Shown: in pieces, positions 1 through 10,156 of the stretch
Numbering within the stretch: position 1 is the stretch's first letter
How the letters are laid out: each line of letters opens with the position of its first letter
DNA from: Vulcanimicrobiota bacterium
GTDB lineage: Bacteria; Vulcanimicrobiota; Vulcanimicrobiia; Vulcanimicrobiales; Vulcanimicrobiaceae
Direction: 5' to 3'
NCBI GenBank assembly: GCA_031420415.1
Contig: JANOMT010000039.1
Span: 12,818-76,817, forward strand
DNA: 64,000 nucleotides
Notes under the pieces: generated by a model
What the model saw: only the letters and a program-made list of their open reading frames with translations
The model's database searches: none
What the model was told of the DNA's origin: nothing
Program-made: the position numbers and the translations under genes

Positions 1-744
1 ATCGCGTCGCGCGAGTCGTGATGCGGCGGCGCGATCGACGATGAAGTCGAGCGTGCCGTTACGTGGAGCGAGAACCGCGATCGGATAGCGCATCGGATCG
101 CTCGGGCCGTCGAAGATGGCGTGGAGCGCCTGTGCTTTTGCGTACCCCGCGGTTACGACGACGATGGCGCGTGCGGCGTTGATGACGAAGGGCGTGAGCG
201 TGAGCCGGTGGGTCGCAAAGGTCGCGACGTACGGCGCACGGACGAGCAGCGCGTCGCCCGTGTGTGGATCGGCGCCGGGAAAGAGTGAGGCGGTATGGCC
301 GTCCGGCCCCATGCCCAGCAGCACGAGATCGAAGATCGGCGAGCCGTCGGATGTGTGTTCGAGCGTCGCGCGCAAAACGTCGGCGTAGGCGCGGGCGGCA
401 CTCGCGGGTTCGTCCTCGCCACGCATGCGAAAGACGTTCGCAATGGCTATGCCGAGCGGTGCGAAAAGCGCGTCGTGTGCCGTGCGATAATTCGATTGTT
501 CGTCGGTCGGTTGGACGCAGCGTTCGTCTCCGAAAAAGAAGCGCACGCGCGACCAATCGAGCGCATCCGCATATTCCGCTGCAAGCAGGGCATACGTTGC
601 CTTCGGCGTGCTTCCGCCGGCGAGTGCGAGCGCGAAGACCTCGCGTGCGGCGAGCGCGCGACGGGCGTCGGCAACGATGCGGTTCGCGAGCTCGCGCGCG
701 AGCGTCGCCTCGTCCTCGACGATGTGGAGATCGCGCGTTGCCAT
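1..744 (-). CDS. pgl: 6-phosphogluconolactonase (3' end runs off the window start)
   Basis: My own minus-strand translation from the ATG at 744-742 gives MATRDLHIVEDEATLARELANRIV..ALAGGSTPKATYALL..FFFGDERCV..LLGMGPDGHTASLFPG. There is no stop before position 1, so it is missing from the ORF track. It starts 6 nt after the opcA stop. Confidence 0.8.
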   Translation of the reverse strand, partial: MATRDLHIVEDEATLARELANRIVADARRALAAREVFALALAGGSTPKATYALLAAEYADALDWSRVRFFFGDERCVQPTDEQSNYRTAHDALFAPLGIAIANVFRMRGEDEPASAARAYADVLRATLEHTSDGSPIFDLVLLGMGPDGHTASLFPGADPHTGDALLVRAPYVATFATHRLTLTPFVINAARAIVVVTAGYAKAQALHAIFDGPSDPMRYPIAVLAPRNGTLDFIVDRAAASRLARRD

Positions 745-750
745 CGGAGC

Positions 751-1773
751 TTAGCCGAGCAACTGACCGACGGTTTCGAGTGACGTTTCGAAGATCGACT
801 CGCGCGCGTTTTCGAGGATCGCGCGTTCGATGAGCGTCGTGTTTTCGATGTTCTGCAACGGGACGCAACCGAGGTTTTTAGCGTTGCGACCCTCGACGGT
901 GAGGCACACGACGCCCGAGTCATCGTCCGAGAGCGCCGCCCGGTACGTCGAGTTCGGCGCGTGGAGTACGACGCTCGACACGCGGCGCTGATCGCCTTTG
1001 GCGATCTTGGCAAACCGCACGACACCACCACGGCGATCGCGGAACGCATCGCGCGCGGTCGCATTCCACGAAAGCCGACTTCCGAGCCAGCCCGCAAGAT
1101 AGAACGCCTCGGCATCGCTGCCGCTTTCGATATCGAGTCCCGTCAACGAGAAGATGTCGTCGCGAAGAGCCGGGTCGTCGAAAAATTGCGCGATCATCTC
1201 TTGCCATGGCGCGAGACGCATGAAGGCGAGATCGTGAAGGACGATGCTCGGTGCGGATTCGTGAAAACGATAGAGATCGCGAATCGTCTCGGCGTCGCGC
1301 GCTTTTCCCGATGAGTCGACGAGGATCGTGGTTGCGACCGCCGCGAGGCCTGCGAACGTCCGGCTCGCGCGAACACGCGCGCCGCTCCACCACAGGACGG
1401 TCGCGATATCGGGAACCGAGAGTTCTCGCGTGAGGCTGACGATCGCGGCGTGATCGAGTTCGCTCACGCCGATATCGACGCGTTCGTCCACGACGGTCGA
1501 GTCTCCGATCTCGCGCGCGGTCGTCGCGACGTCGACGCCCCGAATCGCCTGCGTGGAATCGAGGACGATGAGGCGCGAAGGATGCTTTCCCGCGATGATT
1601 GCCGCGCGTTCGAGAACCCACGAACGATGTTGTGGATCGTCGACGAAGACGACGAAGTTCATCGTCGCTCCCCGAGCGCACGAGGCTCGCCCCTCGTTCG
1701 TCTCCTGGCGCGAGCGCCGGAGTTGCTCGAGAATCGTGCCGATCTCGTTTGTGGAATCGATGTGCGTCATCAT
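751..1773 (-). CDS. opcA: glucose-6-phosphate dehydrogenase assembly protein OpcA
   Basis: This is ORF 751..1914 trimmed to the internal MMTHIDSTNEIGTILEQLRR start. That ATG overlaps the zwf stop (ATGA-type coupling). It sits at the zwf-opcA-pgl position, and the N-terminal 47 residues of the long ORF are Arg-rich read-through. Confidence 0.8.
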   Translation of the reverse strand: MMTHIDSTNEIGTILEQLRRSRQETNEGRASCARGATMNFVVFVDDPQHRSWVLERAAIIAGKHPSRLIVLDSTQAIRGVDVATTAREIGDSTVVDERVDIGVSELDHAAIVSLTRELSVPDIATVLWWSGARVRASRTFAGLAAVATTILVDSSGKARDAETIRDLYRFHESAPSIVLHDLAFMRLAPWQEMIAQFFDDPALRDDIFSLTGLDIESGSDAEAFYLAGWLGSRLSWNATARDAFRDRRGGVVRFAKIAKGDQRRVSSVVLHAPNSTYRAALSDDDSGVVCLTVEGRNAKNLGCVPLQNIENTTLIERAILENARESIFETSLETVGQLLG

Positions 1774-3344
1774 CAGATTCGCCGCCACTCGCGGCCGTCG
1801 GCGACCAAGAGGGCATCGGCGTTTTGTGGGCCCTGACTGCCAGCGAGATAATTCGGAAAATCGATCGTGCGCGCCTCGCTCCAACGCTCCATCACGGGCA
1901 CGACTGCAAGCCACGCTTGCTCCACCGCATCCCAGCGTGTGAAGAGCGTCGCGTCGCCGCGCAGGGCATCGCCGATGAGTCGTTCGTACGCGGGCGCCGA
2001 CGTCACACCGAATCCCGTGCCGTAATTAAAATCCATCGTGACGCCGCGAATGTGCATCTTGGGCCCGGGAACTTTGGCATTGAAGCGAATCGAAACGCCT
2101 TCGTCGGGCTGGATTTTCATGACGAGCGTATTATTCTCGATCTGATCGCCCGACTCGCCAAAGATCCGATGCGGCAAGCCGCGGAAGGTCACCGCGATCT
2201 CCGAATGCTTGTGTGCGAGACGCTTGCCGCTCCGCAAGTAGAACGGCACGTCGGCCCAACGCCAGTTATCGATATGAAATTTTACGCACGCGTACGTCTC
2301 GGTCGTCGATTGCGGATCGACGCTCGGCTCTTCGCGATAGCCAGGCACCGGTTTGCCCTCGATGAGCCCGGGCCCGTATTGCCCGCGTGCCGTAAACTTC
2401 GCGACGTCTTCGGCCTTGATCGGTCGCAGCGCCGAAAGTACTTTGAATTTTTCATCGCGGACGTGGTCTGCGGCGGGTGAGATCGGTGGTTCCATCGCCA
2501 CGAGCGCGAGCATATTGATCACGTGATTTTGGATCATATCTTTGAGCGCACCCGCGCTTTCGTAGTAGCCGCCGCGGCCTTCGACGCCGACGGTCTCGGC
2601 CGCCGTGATCTGGATGTTGTCGACGTACCGCCGATTCCAGATCGGCTCGAACATGACGTTTGCGAAACGTAGCGCCATGATATCTTGCACGGACTCTTTG
2701 CCGAGATAGTGATCGATCCGATAGACCGTCTTCTCACGAAAGACTTTCGAAACTTCGAGCTGCAACGCGCGCGCCGATTCGAGATCGGTGCCGAAGGGCT
2801 TCTCGATGATGATGCGCGACCAACCCTTGGTCTGATCTTTGGGTCCGAGCCCGGCGGCAGCGAGCTGCTGGATGATGGAGGCAAAGACGCTCGGCGGTGT
2901 CGAGAGATAGTAGAGCCGATTACCTTGCGTGCCGAAGTTTTCGTCGTTCTCCTCGAGTTGCGCGCGCAACGCCTTGAACGCTTCGACGTCATCGAAGGAA
3001 CCTTGCACGTAGTGGAGCCGGTTTGCGAAATCCGTCCACAGCGGGTCTTTGGTCGGACCCGTCCGCGAGAACGTATCGATCGACGACTTCATCTCTTCGC
3101 GAAAGTCGTAGTGCGATTTTGGCGAACGCGAGAATCCGACGATGCCGAAGTTCGTCGGAAGGATATCACTGAGCCGCAGGTTGTAGACCGCCGGCATCAA
3201 CATGCGTTTCGTAAGATCGCCACTGGCGCCGAAAAAGACGATGTTGCACGGATCGGTGATCCGATTGGAATCGAGCCCGGCGCGGAGCGGATTGACCGAG
3301 GAAGTCGATCCGTTCGAGCGTTCCACGGTTTGCAGATCGCTCAT
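1773..3344 (-). CDS. zwf: glucose-6-phosphate 1-dehydrogenase
   Basis: 523 aa. It has the NAD(P)-binding motif FFGASGDLTKR and the active-site region RIDHYLGKE, and is full length. Confidence 0.95.
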   Translation of the reverse strand: MSDLQTVERSNGSTSSVNPLRAGLDSNRITDPCNIVFFGASGDLTKRMLMPAVYNLRLSDILPTNFGIVGFSRSPKSHYDFREEMKSSIDTFSRTGPTKDPLWTDFANRLHYVQGSFDDVEAFKALRAQLEENDENFGTQGNRLYYLSTPPSVFASIIQQLAAAGLGPKDQTKGWSRIIIEKPFGTDLESARALQLEVSKVFREKTVYRIDHYLGKESVQDIMALRFANVMFEPIWNRRYVDNIQITAAETVGVEGRGGYYESAGALKDMIQNHVINMLALVAMEPPISPAADHVRDEKFKVLSALRPIKAEDVAKFTARGQYGPGLIEGKPVPGYREEPSVDPQSTTETYACVKFHIDNWRWADVPFYLRSGKRLAHKHSEIAVTFRGLPHRIFGESGDQIENNTLVMKIQPDEGVSIRFNAKVPGPKMHIRGVTMDFNYGTGFGVTSAPAYERLIGDALRGDATLFTRWDAVEQAWLAVVPVMERWSEARTIDFPNYLAGSQGPQNADALLVADGREWRRI

Positions 3345-4258
3345 GATTTCGCTCCCGAAGCATCCTCACGTTTGACGGCGTGGCCTCCGAACTGATTGCG
3401 TAGCGCGGCGATCACTTTAGCGCTAAACGATTCGTCTTGGCGCGAGACGAACCGCGAGAGGAGCGACATCGTGATGACGGGAGCCGGAACGTTTTCGTCG
3501 ATCGCGGCTTGCACCGTCCACCGGCCCTCGCCCGAATCTTCGACGAAGCCGCGGATATCGCCGAGCGTCGGATCTTCGCGAAATGCGAGCTCCGCGAGTT
3601 CCAGGAGCCACGACCGCACGACGCTGCCCTGTAACCACAATTTCGAGAGCTGATGGAGGTCGTATTTAAATTCCGATTTCTCGAGAATCTCGAACCCCTC
3701 ACCGTAGGCCGCGAGCATACCGTACTCGATGCCGTTGTGGATCATCTTCGAGAAGTGACCGGCGCCCGAAGGCCCGACGTGCGCGTACCCGTCAGGCGGC
3801 GCGAGCGTGAGAAAGATCGGCTCGCAGCGCCGCACTGCGGCCTCGTCGCCGCCCACCATCAAACAATAACCGTTTTTGAGGCCCCACACGCCGCCCGACG
3901 TGCCGGCATCGATGAACTCGACGCCCTTTTCTTTCGCGAGTGTCGCGCGGCGTTGCGAATCTCGAAAGTTCGAGTTCCCACCGTCGATGATCGCGTCACC
4001 CTGCGCGAGATGGTCGAGCAATTCGTGGATCGTCTTCTCCGTCGCGTCGCCGGAGGGAACCATAATCCAGACCGCGCGTGGCGGCGTGAGCTGCTTGACC
4101 AGATCGGCAAGTGATTCCGCGCCGTGTGCGCCCTCCGTTACGGCGCTAGCGACGGCTTGGGGACTGAAGTCGAAGACGACGAGATCGTGCTTTCCGAGTA
4201 GCAATCGCGTCGTCATATTCGCGCCCATGCGGCCGAGGCCGATCATGCCGAGTTGCAC
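3341..4258 (-). CDS. gnd: 6-phosphogluconate dehydrogenase, decarboxylating (short ~300-aa form)
   Basis: MQLGMIGLGRMGANM Rossmann N-terminus and a HNGIEYG motif. There is a 4-nt overlap with the zwf start. Confidence 0.9.
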   Translation of the reverse strand: MQLGMIGLGRMGANMTTRLLLGKHDLVVFDFSPQAVASAVTEGAHGAESLADLVKQLTPPRAVWIMVPSGDATEKTIHELLDHLAQGDAIIDGGNSNFRDSQRRATLAKEKGVEFIDAGTSGGVWGLKNGYCLMVGGDEAAVRRCEPIFLTLAPPDGYAHVGPSGAGHFSKMIHNGIEYGMLAAYGEGFEILEKSEFKYDLHQLSKLWLQGSVVRSWLLELAELAFREDPTLGDIRGFVEDSGEGRWTVQAAIDENVPAPVITMSLLSRFVSRQDESFSAKVIAALRNQFGGHAVKREDASGAKS

Positions 4259-4289
4259 GGTTTTTTCCTTTGGATCATTAAAGAGTGAA

Positions 4290-7151
4290 CTAGGTCTTCA
4301 CGGAAACGGCGTCTTCGAACGCGTTCGCGAGCGCTTCGAGCGCCTTTGGGAGCGAGCCGATGAGATGGATCGCGATGCCTCGTCGCCCGCGTGTATCGAG
4401 AGATTCAAAATCGCCGAGCGCCTGGGCATGCTCGAGCGCGCCGAACGTCCCCATACCCGGAATCTCGAGATTGCGTTCGGCCGGTGTGTCGAAGGAGAGC
4501 TGGAAGAAAACGCCCGAAGCCGGGCCGCCCTTGTGGAGTTGGCCCGTCGAGTGCAAGAAACGCGGCCCGAATCCGACGGTGGTCGCGACCTTTAGCGCGT
4601 TTCGAACGCTGCGACGCAGATCGTGCAAAGCAATCTGATGTTCGCGGTTCATTTCGAGATATGCGGTAAAGGCGACGTAGTCGCTCGGCACGATCTGTCC
4701 CACGATGGCGGCGATCGCCGATGCGAGATCGGGGCCGAGATCGATGCTGCTAGACCCGACAAGCGGCACGATGTTCGCCGCAGGCGTCGCGAGTTTGACC
4801 GGCGGCTCGGGAAAGGCGCCTTTTTCCTTGTACGCCGCAAGGAGACGTTTGGTATTGTCCTTCGATTCCTGAACGTTTGGCTGATCGAAGGCATCGATGT
4901 CGAGGATCGCGCCCGCGGTCGCCGTCGCGATTTCCCACAATGCGAATTGCTCGCCGATATCGAGACGATCGCGCATCGTGAGGCGCACCACGGGGTGTCC
5001 CGCTTCTGCGAGCATGTGCAAGCGCGTCTCGATCGCGCTCGCATCCATCGCACCTTCGTGATGCGCGAGCGTCGCGAGTCCGGATCCGACGTAGACGAAG
5101 ACGCGATCGTTGCCGTATTCATGCGGCATGCCCAGAGGCTCGCCCTCGACTGGGACGATGCCTCGGCCGTTTTTTCCGGTCGATTCGGCAACGAGCTGTT
5201 CCGCCCACGTGCCGAAGGCCGCGACCTCGGGATGCGTGACGATTGTGAGTTTGTCGCGGCCGATTCGCGCGAGCTCGCCAAGTAGCGCTCCAAAGCGAAC
5301 GCCGGCGGCTTCGGAGACCTTCGTCGCGCGACCGTTCGCCTCGAGCGTAGCGATGCCACGATCGAGGATCGCCGTGACGTCGTATCCGGCGAGAGCGGCC
5401 GGCACCATACCGAAATATGAGAGCGCTGAGTATCGTCCGCCGATGGTGGGATCGTTGACGAAGACGTGCGGGAAGCCGGCATCTTTGGCTTCGATTGCGA
5501 GTTGCGTCTCGGGATCGGTGACCGCGATAAAATGTTCGCCCGCGAGCGTCGAGCCGACGGCTTTTTGGACGCGTCCGTAAAAATAGCGGAAGAAGGCCTC
5601 GGGTTCGGTCGTCGTGCCGCTCTTACTCGCGACGATGAAGAGCGTGTGCGGGAGGTCGAGTGCGGCCTCGAGCGTTGCGACCTGATCGGGGTCGCTCGAG
5701 TCCAGGACGTGGAGTTGCGGATAGTTCGGTACCGTACCGAACGTCTCGCGTAGGACGTCGGGCGCGAGCGAACTGCCGCCCATGCCCAAGACGACGACGT
5801 GTTTGAATTTTTTCGCCATCGCCGTTGCGAACGTCTCGAGGTCGGCTGCGTTTTCGAGGACGGTTCGTGGGAATTCGAGCCATCCGAGCGCGTGCTCGAT
5901 GATCTTCGCATGTTCCGGGTCGGCCGACCACGGCGTGGGGTCGCGGCGCCAGAGCTTGGCGAGAAAATCGCCTGCTTCGAGCGATGCGATCGTCGCGTCG
6001 AGATCGATCTTTGCCGAACCGAGATGGATTTGGACTCGCTCGCCGCCGGTAGCGAGCAACGCCCGCTTCGCATCGATTGCGGCGAGCATCGCGTTGTACG
6101 ATTGCGCGAACGAACCGACGCCGTCTTCTTGCAATTTCTGCGTAACGACGGAGAGCGAGATCTGCGCGGCTTCGAGCGCTTCGAGGGTGGCGCGTGCCTC
6201 GTCGAGGCCTTCCTCGACGGAATTCGGGCGCACGATTCCATGATCGAGGAGTGCGTCGAGCGTTGCTGGCGGTAACGTATTTACCGTGTTGGGGCCGACG
6301 AGATTTTCGACGTAGAGGAGATCCGGGTATGCCGGATTCTTCGTTCCCGTGCTCGCCCAGAGCGGGCGTTGGACGCGCGCCCCGAGCGCTAGGAAACGCT
6401 GGCTCTCGAAGATCGCTCGGTAACGAGAATAGATGAGTTTGAGGCTAGCGATCCCGATCTTGCCTTTAAGACTCGCGAGATTCGGCGCGTCCTTTGCGAT
6501 CTTCGCATCGAGAAGCGCGTCGATCGCACTATCGATCCGACTCACGAAGACGCTGGCAACCGATCCGACCGTGTCGACCGCGGCTCCCGCGGCGACGCGT
6601 TTCTCGAGGCCCGCGACGTACGCGTTCGCGACCGCTTCATAGGTTTCGATCGAAAAAATCAGGGTGACGTTGACGTTGATGCCCGCTGCGATCGTCGCGG
6701 TGATCGCGGGTAAGCACGCGGGCGTCGCGGGGATTTTGATCATCACGTTCGGTCGCGCGACGAGATCCCACAAGCGCCGTGCCGCATCGATCGTGCCTTG
6801 CGTATCGTGCGCCAAGAGCGGCGAGACTTCGAGGCTTACGAAGCCGTCGCCGCCGTGCGTCGCATCGTAGAGCGCGCGGAACTCATCGCACGCGTGCCGG
6901 ATATCGTCGATGGCGAGCGCTTCGAAGAGACCGTTGGCATCGCGTTCGCCGCCAGCGAGCGTGCGTAACTGATCGTCGTAGTCGTTCCCGCTTCCGATCG
7001 CTTTTTCGAAGATCGTCGGATTGGACGTCATGCCGCGTAGCCCGTCCGCGATCAGACGATGGAGCTCGCCCGAGGCGAACATACTGCGTCGAATGTTATC
7101 GAGCCAGATGCTCTGGCCGACGCGGGCGAGCTCGTTGAGTTGCGTTCCCAC
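4290..7151 (-). CDS. bifunctional transaldolase / glucose-6-phosphate isomerase
   Basis: 953 aa. The N-terminal half is transaldolase-like (SIWLDNIRR, GMTSNPTIFEKAI, VMIKIPAT). The C-terminal half is PGI-like (VVLGMGGSSLAP, FIVASKSGTT.E, GGRYSALS). Confidence 0.9.
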   Translation of the reverse strand: MGTQLNELARVGQSIWLDNIRRSMFASGELHRLIADGLRGMTSNPTIFEKAIGSGNDYDDQLRTLAGGERDANGLFEALAIDDIRHACDEFRALYDATHGGDGFVSLEVSPLLAHDTQGTIDAARRLWDLVARPNVMIKIPATPACLPAITATIAAGINVNVTLIFSIETYEAVANAYVAGLEKRVAAGAAVDTVGSVASVFVSRIDSAIDALLDAKIAKDAPNLASLKGKIGIASLKLIYSRYRAIFESQRFLALGARVQRPLWASTGTKNPAYPDLLYVENLVGPNTVNTLPPATLDALLDHGIVRPNSVEEGLDEARATLEALEAAQISLSVVTQKLQEDGVGSFAQSYNAMLAAIDAKRALLATGGERVQIHLGSAKIDLDATIASLEAGDFLAKLWRRDPTPWSADPEHAKIIEHALGWLEFPRTVLENAADLETFATAMAKKFKHVVVLGMGGSSLAPDVLRETFGTVPNYPQLHVLDSSDPDQVATLEAALDLPHTLFIVASKSGTTTEPEAFFRYFYGRVQKAVGSTLAGEHFIAVTDPETQLAIEAKDAGFPHVFVNDPTIGGRYSALSYFGMVPAALAGYDVTAILDRGIATLEANGRATKVSEAAGVRFGALLGELARIGRDKLTIVTHPEVAAFGTWAEQLVAESTGKNGRGIVPVEGEPLGMPHEYGNDRVFVYVGSGLATLAHHEGAMDASAIETRLHMLAEAGHPVVRLTMRDRLDIGEQFALWEIATATAGAILDIDAFDQPNVQESKDNTKRLLAAYKEKGAFPEPPVKLATPAANIVPLVGSSSIDLGPDLASAIAAIVGQIVPSDYVAFTAYLEMNREHQIALHDLRRSVRNALKVATTVGFGPRFLHSTGQLHKGGPASGVFFQLSFDTPAERNLEIPGMGTFGALEHAQALGDFESLDTRGRRGIAIHLIGSLPKALEALANAFEDAVSVKT

Positions 7152-7160
7152 GAAGACCCC

Positions 7161-9146
7161 TTATACGTTAGCGAGGAGGCCGGTCGCCACGTCTGCGATG
7201 TGTTCCGGCGTGAAGCCGACCTCTTTTGCAATCGCACTCGCGGGTGCCGACATGCCGAAGTGGTCGATGCCGACGGTTATACCCAAATCGCCGACCCACC
7301 GATGCCAGCCAAACGTCGCCGCCGCCTCGATCGAGACGCGCGCGCGCACCGCGGCGGGTAAGACGCTCTCCCGATACGCAGCATCGGCCGCCGCAAAAAG
7401 TTCGAATGAGGGCATCGAGACGACGCGCGCCTTCGTTCCCTTCGCTTCGAGTAATTTCGCGGCATCGAGTGCGAGCGATACCTCAGAACCTGTCGCGATG
7501 AGGATGACGTCGGGCTGTGCGTCACCGCCGTGGACGACGTAGGCACCGTGCCCGACACGCGCGTCGCGCTCACCGAGGAACGGCACTTTTTGGCGCGAGA
7601 GGACGATCGCCGTCGGCCCGTTGTGCGCGAGGGCGAATTTCCACGCTTCGAGTGTTTCGAGGGCGTCTGCCGGTCGAATCGTCGTGAGGTTCGGCGTGGC
7701 ACGGAGTGCCGCGAGCTGTTCGATCGGTTGGTGCGTCGGGCCGTCTTCGCCGAGGAACACCGAGTCGTGTGTGTAGATGTAGACCAAACGCGTTTTATTG
7801 AGTGCGGCGAGGCGGACGGCAGGCTTCATGTAATCGTAAAAGTTGAAGAACGTCGCCGTGAATGGCACGATTCCGCTATGAACGGCGAGGCCGTTGGCGA
7901 TCGCGCCCATCGCGTGTTCGCGGACGCCATAATGAATGTTTCGGCCCGCATAATCGCCGGGCTTTACGTCGCCAAAGCCCTTCATGTACGTCTTGGTCGA
8001 CGGATCGAGATCGGCCGAGCCGCCGACGAGTTCGGGGAAGCATTTCGCGATTGCGTTGAGGACGGTACCGCCTGCTTCGCGCGTCGCGACGTTACCGTTT
8101 TCGGCCGTAAACGTCGGCCACGTGATTTCGCTCGGCAGCGTTTCCTCGCGCACGCGCGCGAGTTGCTTCGCGAGCTCGGGGTTGTTTGCCGACCACGTTG
8201 CAAACATCGCGTTCCATGCCTCTTGTGTCGCGGCTCCGCGTTCACCCGACGTTCGCCACCACGCGGCGACGTCGTCCGGAACGAAGAACGCGGGCTCGGT
8301 CGGCCAGCCGAGAGCTTCTTTCGTTTTCTTCACGTTCTCCGCACCGAGCGGCTCGCCATGAGCGCTCGACGTGTTGGCACGCGGCGAACCGAAACCGATG
8401 ATCGTGCGGATGGCGATGAACGACGGCCGCGGATCGGCCTTCGCGGCGTTGATCGCCGCGTCGATCGCCGCGACGTCATTGCCATCGTCGGCGCTGACGA
8501 GTTGGACGTGCCAACCGTAGGCTTCGTAGCGCTTGCAGACGTCTTCGGTAAACGTGATATCCGTCGGTGCGGCGAGCGAAATCTTATTATCGTCGTAGAG
8601 CATGATGAGCTTGCCCAAGCGCAAGTGCCCCGCGAGCGAACTCGCTTCGGCGGAGACGCCTTCCATGAAATCGCCGTCGCTCGCAATGCAATAGGTATAG
8701 TGGTCGACGATCGTCTCGGTGCGATTGTAGGTGGCGGCGAGATGCGCTTCGGCAAGCGCGAGGCCGACGGCGTTTCCTACGCCCTGTCCGAGCGGTCCCG
8801 TAGTGACTTCGATACCCGCAGTGTGGTGGAGCTCGGGATGGCCCGGCGTCTTGCTCCCGAGTTGGCGGAACGCTTTGAGATCGTCGATCGAGAGCGGATA
8901 GCCCGAAAGATGGAGCAGGGCATAGATCAACATCGAGCCGTGGCCCGCGCTCAAAACGAAGCGGTCGCGGTCGAACCACGTGCTATCGTGCGCGTTGAAC
9001 TTGAGATGGCGGGTCCAAAGTGTGTACGCCATCGCAGCGGCACCCAGCGGCAATCCGGGATGACCGGAGTTCGCTTTCTGGATGGCGTCGATGGAGAGGA
9101 CGCGGATCGCGTTGATGCGTTGCTGATCGTCGGGGGTATTTGGCAC
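7161..9146 (-). CDS. tkt: transketolase
   Basis: ORF 7161..9239 trimmed to the GTG at 9146, which is preceded by AAGGAG 7 nt upstream. Motifs: NSGHPG, GHGSMLLY-like, GDG..MEG and the THDS.. region. Confidence 0.95.
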   Translation of the reverse strand: MPNTPDDQQRINAIRVLSIDAIQKANSGHPGLPLGAAAMAYTLWTRHLKFNAHDSTWFDRDRFVLSAGHGSMLIYALLHLSGYPLSIDDLKAFRQLGSKTPGHPELHHTAGIEVTTGPLGQGVGNAVGLALAEAHLAATYNRTETIVDHYTYCIASDGDFMEGVSAEASSLAGHLRLGKLIMLYDDNKISLAAPTDITFTEDVCKRYEAYGWHVQLVSADDGNDVAAIDAAINAAKADPRPSFIAIRTIIGFGSPRANTSSAHGEPLGAENVKKTKEALGWPTEPAFFVPDDVAAWWRTSGERGAATQEAWNAMFATWSANNPELAKQLARVREETLPSEITWPTFTAENGNVATREAGGTVLNAIAKCFPELVGGSADLDPSTKTYMKGFGDVKPGDYAGRNIHYGVREHAMGAIANGLAVHSGIVPFTATFFNFYDYMKPAVRLAALNKTRLVYIYTHDSVFLGEDGPTHQPIEQLAALRATPNLTTIRPADALETLEAWKFALAHNGPTAIVLSRQKVPFLGERDARVGHGAYVVHGGDAQPDVILIATGSEVSLALDAAKLLEAKGTKARVVSMPSFELFAAADAAYRESVLPAAVRARVSIEAAATFGWHRWVGDLGITVGIDHFGMSAPASAIAKEVGFTPEHIADVATGLLANV

Positions 9147-9274
9147 CGAGAATCTCCTTGGGCGTTCGCTCACATGCGGGTCGCAGTCGTTCGGCCGCAC
9201 GTCTACCCATTCCCCGCGAGTCACGGCGCTCGGTCTCAAGGGAAATCCGTGCTCGAAACCCTACACGCTCGCCT

Positions 9275-10156
9275 ATGAACGTCGTGGAAATGCAAGCCGC
9301 CATCGAAGCGCTCGAGGTCGACCCCTCGAAGATTCGTACGACCGACGGCTCCGTGATCGACGCCGTGATCGACGCGCTCGATGTCGGTGCGCTACGTGTC
9401 TGCGAACCGTCGCAGGGCGGCACGTGGAAGACGAACGCCTGGATCAAGAAGGCGATTCTCCTGTACTTCCGACGGTACGACAGCGTCGAAGTCGGTGCGG
9501 CGAATCTCTACGTCGGCAGCACTCGAACGCCGGGCGTCGGGGCATCGGAGCTCGTCCGTATGCCGCCCGCGTTTTTCGACAAACTCCCGACGAAGCGCAA
9601 TTACGCGGCCCTCGGCGCGCGTTGCGTGCCACCCGGGGTCGCACGCTACGGCGCGTTCATGGGTCGCGGGTCGATCCTCATGCCGGGATATATCAACATC
9701 GGCGCTTACGTCGATGAAGGCTCGATGGTCGATACGTGGGCGACCGTCGGTTCGTGCGCGCAGATCGGCAAGAACGTCCACCTCTCGGGTGGCGTGGGCA
9801 TCGGCGGCGTGCTCGAGCCGCCGCAAGCACAACCCGTCGTCATCGAAGATGGCGCGTTCGTCGGCTCGCGTTGCATCGTCGTCGAAGGTGTCTTCGTGGG
9901 ACGTGAAGCGGTCCTCGGTGCGGGCGTCGTGCTGACGGCGAGTACCCCGATCGTCGATGTTCGCGGGAGCGAACCCGTCATCACGCGCGGCCGCATCGAA
10001 CCGCGTTCGGTTGTCATTCCGGGCTCGATGCCGAAGTCGTTTCCGGCCGGTAGCTTTGGCGTGCCGTGCGCGCTCGTGATCGGCGAACGCACGGCGTCGA
10101 CGGACCGTAAGACGTCGCTCGAAAACGTGCTACGCGACTATGGGGTCGCGGTATGA
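9275..10156 (+). CDS. dapD: 2,3,4,5-tetrahydropyridine-2,6-dicarboxylate N-succinyltransferase
   Basis: ORF 9140..10156 trimmed to the ATG at 9275 (MNVVEMQAAIEAL). It has hexapeptide-repeat LbH segments (GAYVDEGSMVDTWATVGSCAQIGKNVHLSGGVGIGGVLEP). Confidence 0.85.
   Translation: MNVVEMQAAIEALEVDPSKIRTTDGSVIDAVIDALDVGALRVCEPSQGGTWKTNAWIKKAILLYFRRYDSVEVGAANLYVGSTRTPGVGASELVRMPPAFFDKLPTKRNYAALGARCVPPGVARYGAFMGRGSILMPGYINIGAYVDEGSMVDTWATVGSCAQIGKNVHLSGGVGIGGVLEPPQAQPVVIEDGAFVGSRCIVVEGVFVGREAVLGAGVVLTASTPIVDVRGSEPVITRGRIEPRSVVIPGSMPKSFPAGSFGVPCALVIGERTASTDRKTSLENVLRDYGVAV

Noticed and set aside
4649-6241. A 530-aa minus-strand ORF. Similar long ORFs in the track include 59..868, 447..1115, 7530..9278, 14620..16239, 17648..18769, 17991..18920, 19544..20950, 19836..21134, 21618..22607, 31125..32150, 54966..55865, 55718..56653 and 57896..59224.
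   Set aside because: These are Arg/Ser/Pro-rich, low-complexity translations. They lie out of frame or antisense to genes with unambiguous family motifs (tal-pgi, tkt, radA, GT-C, yebC, cysE, recA, purA and others). Such shadow ORFs are typical of GC-rich DNA.
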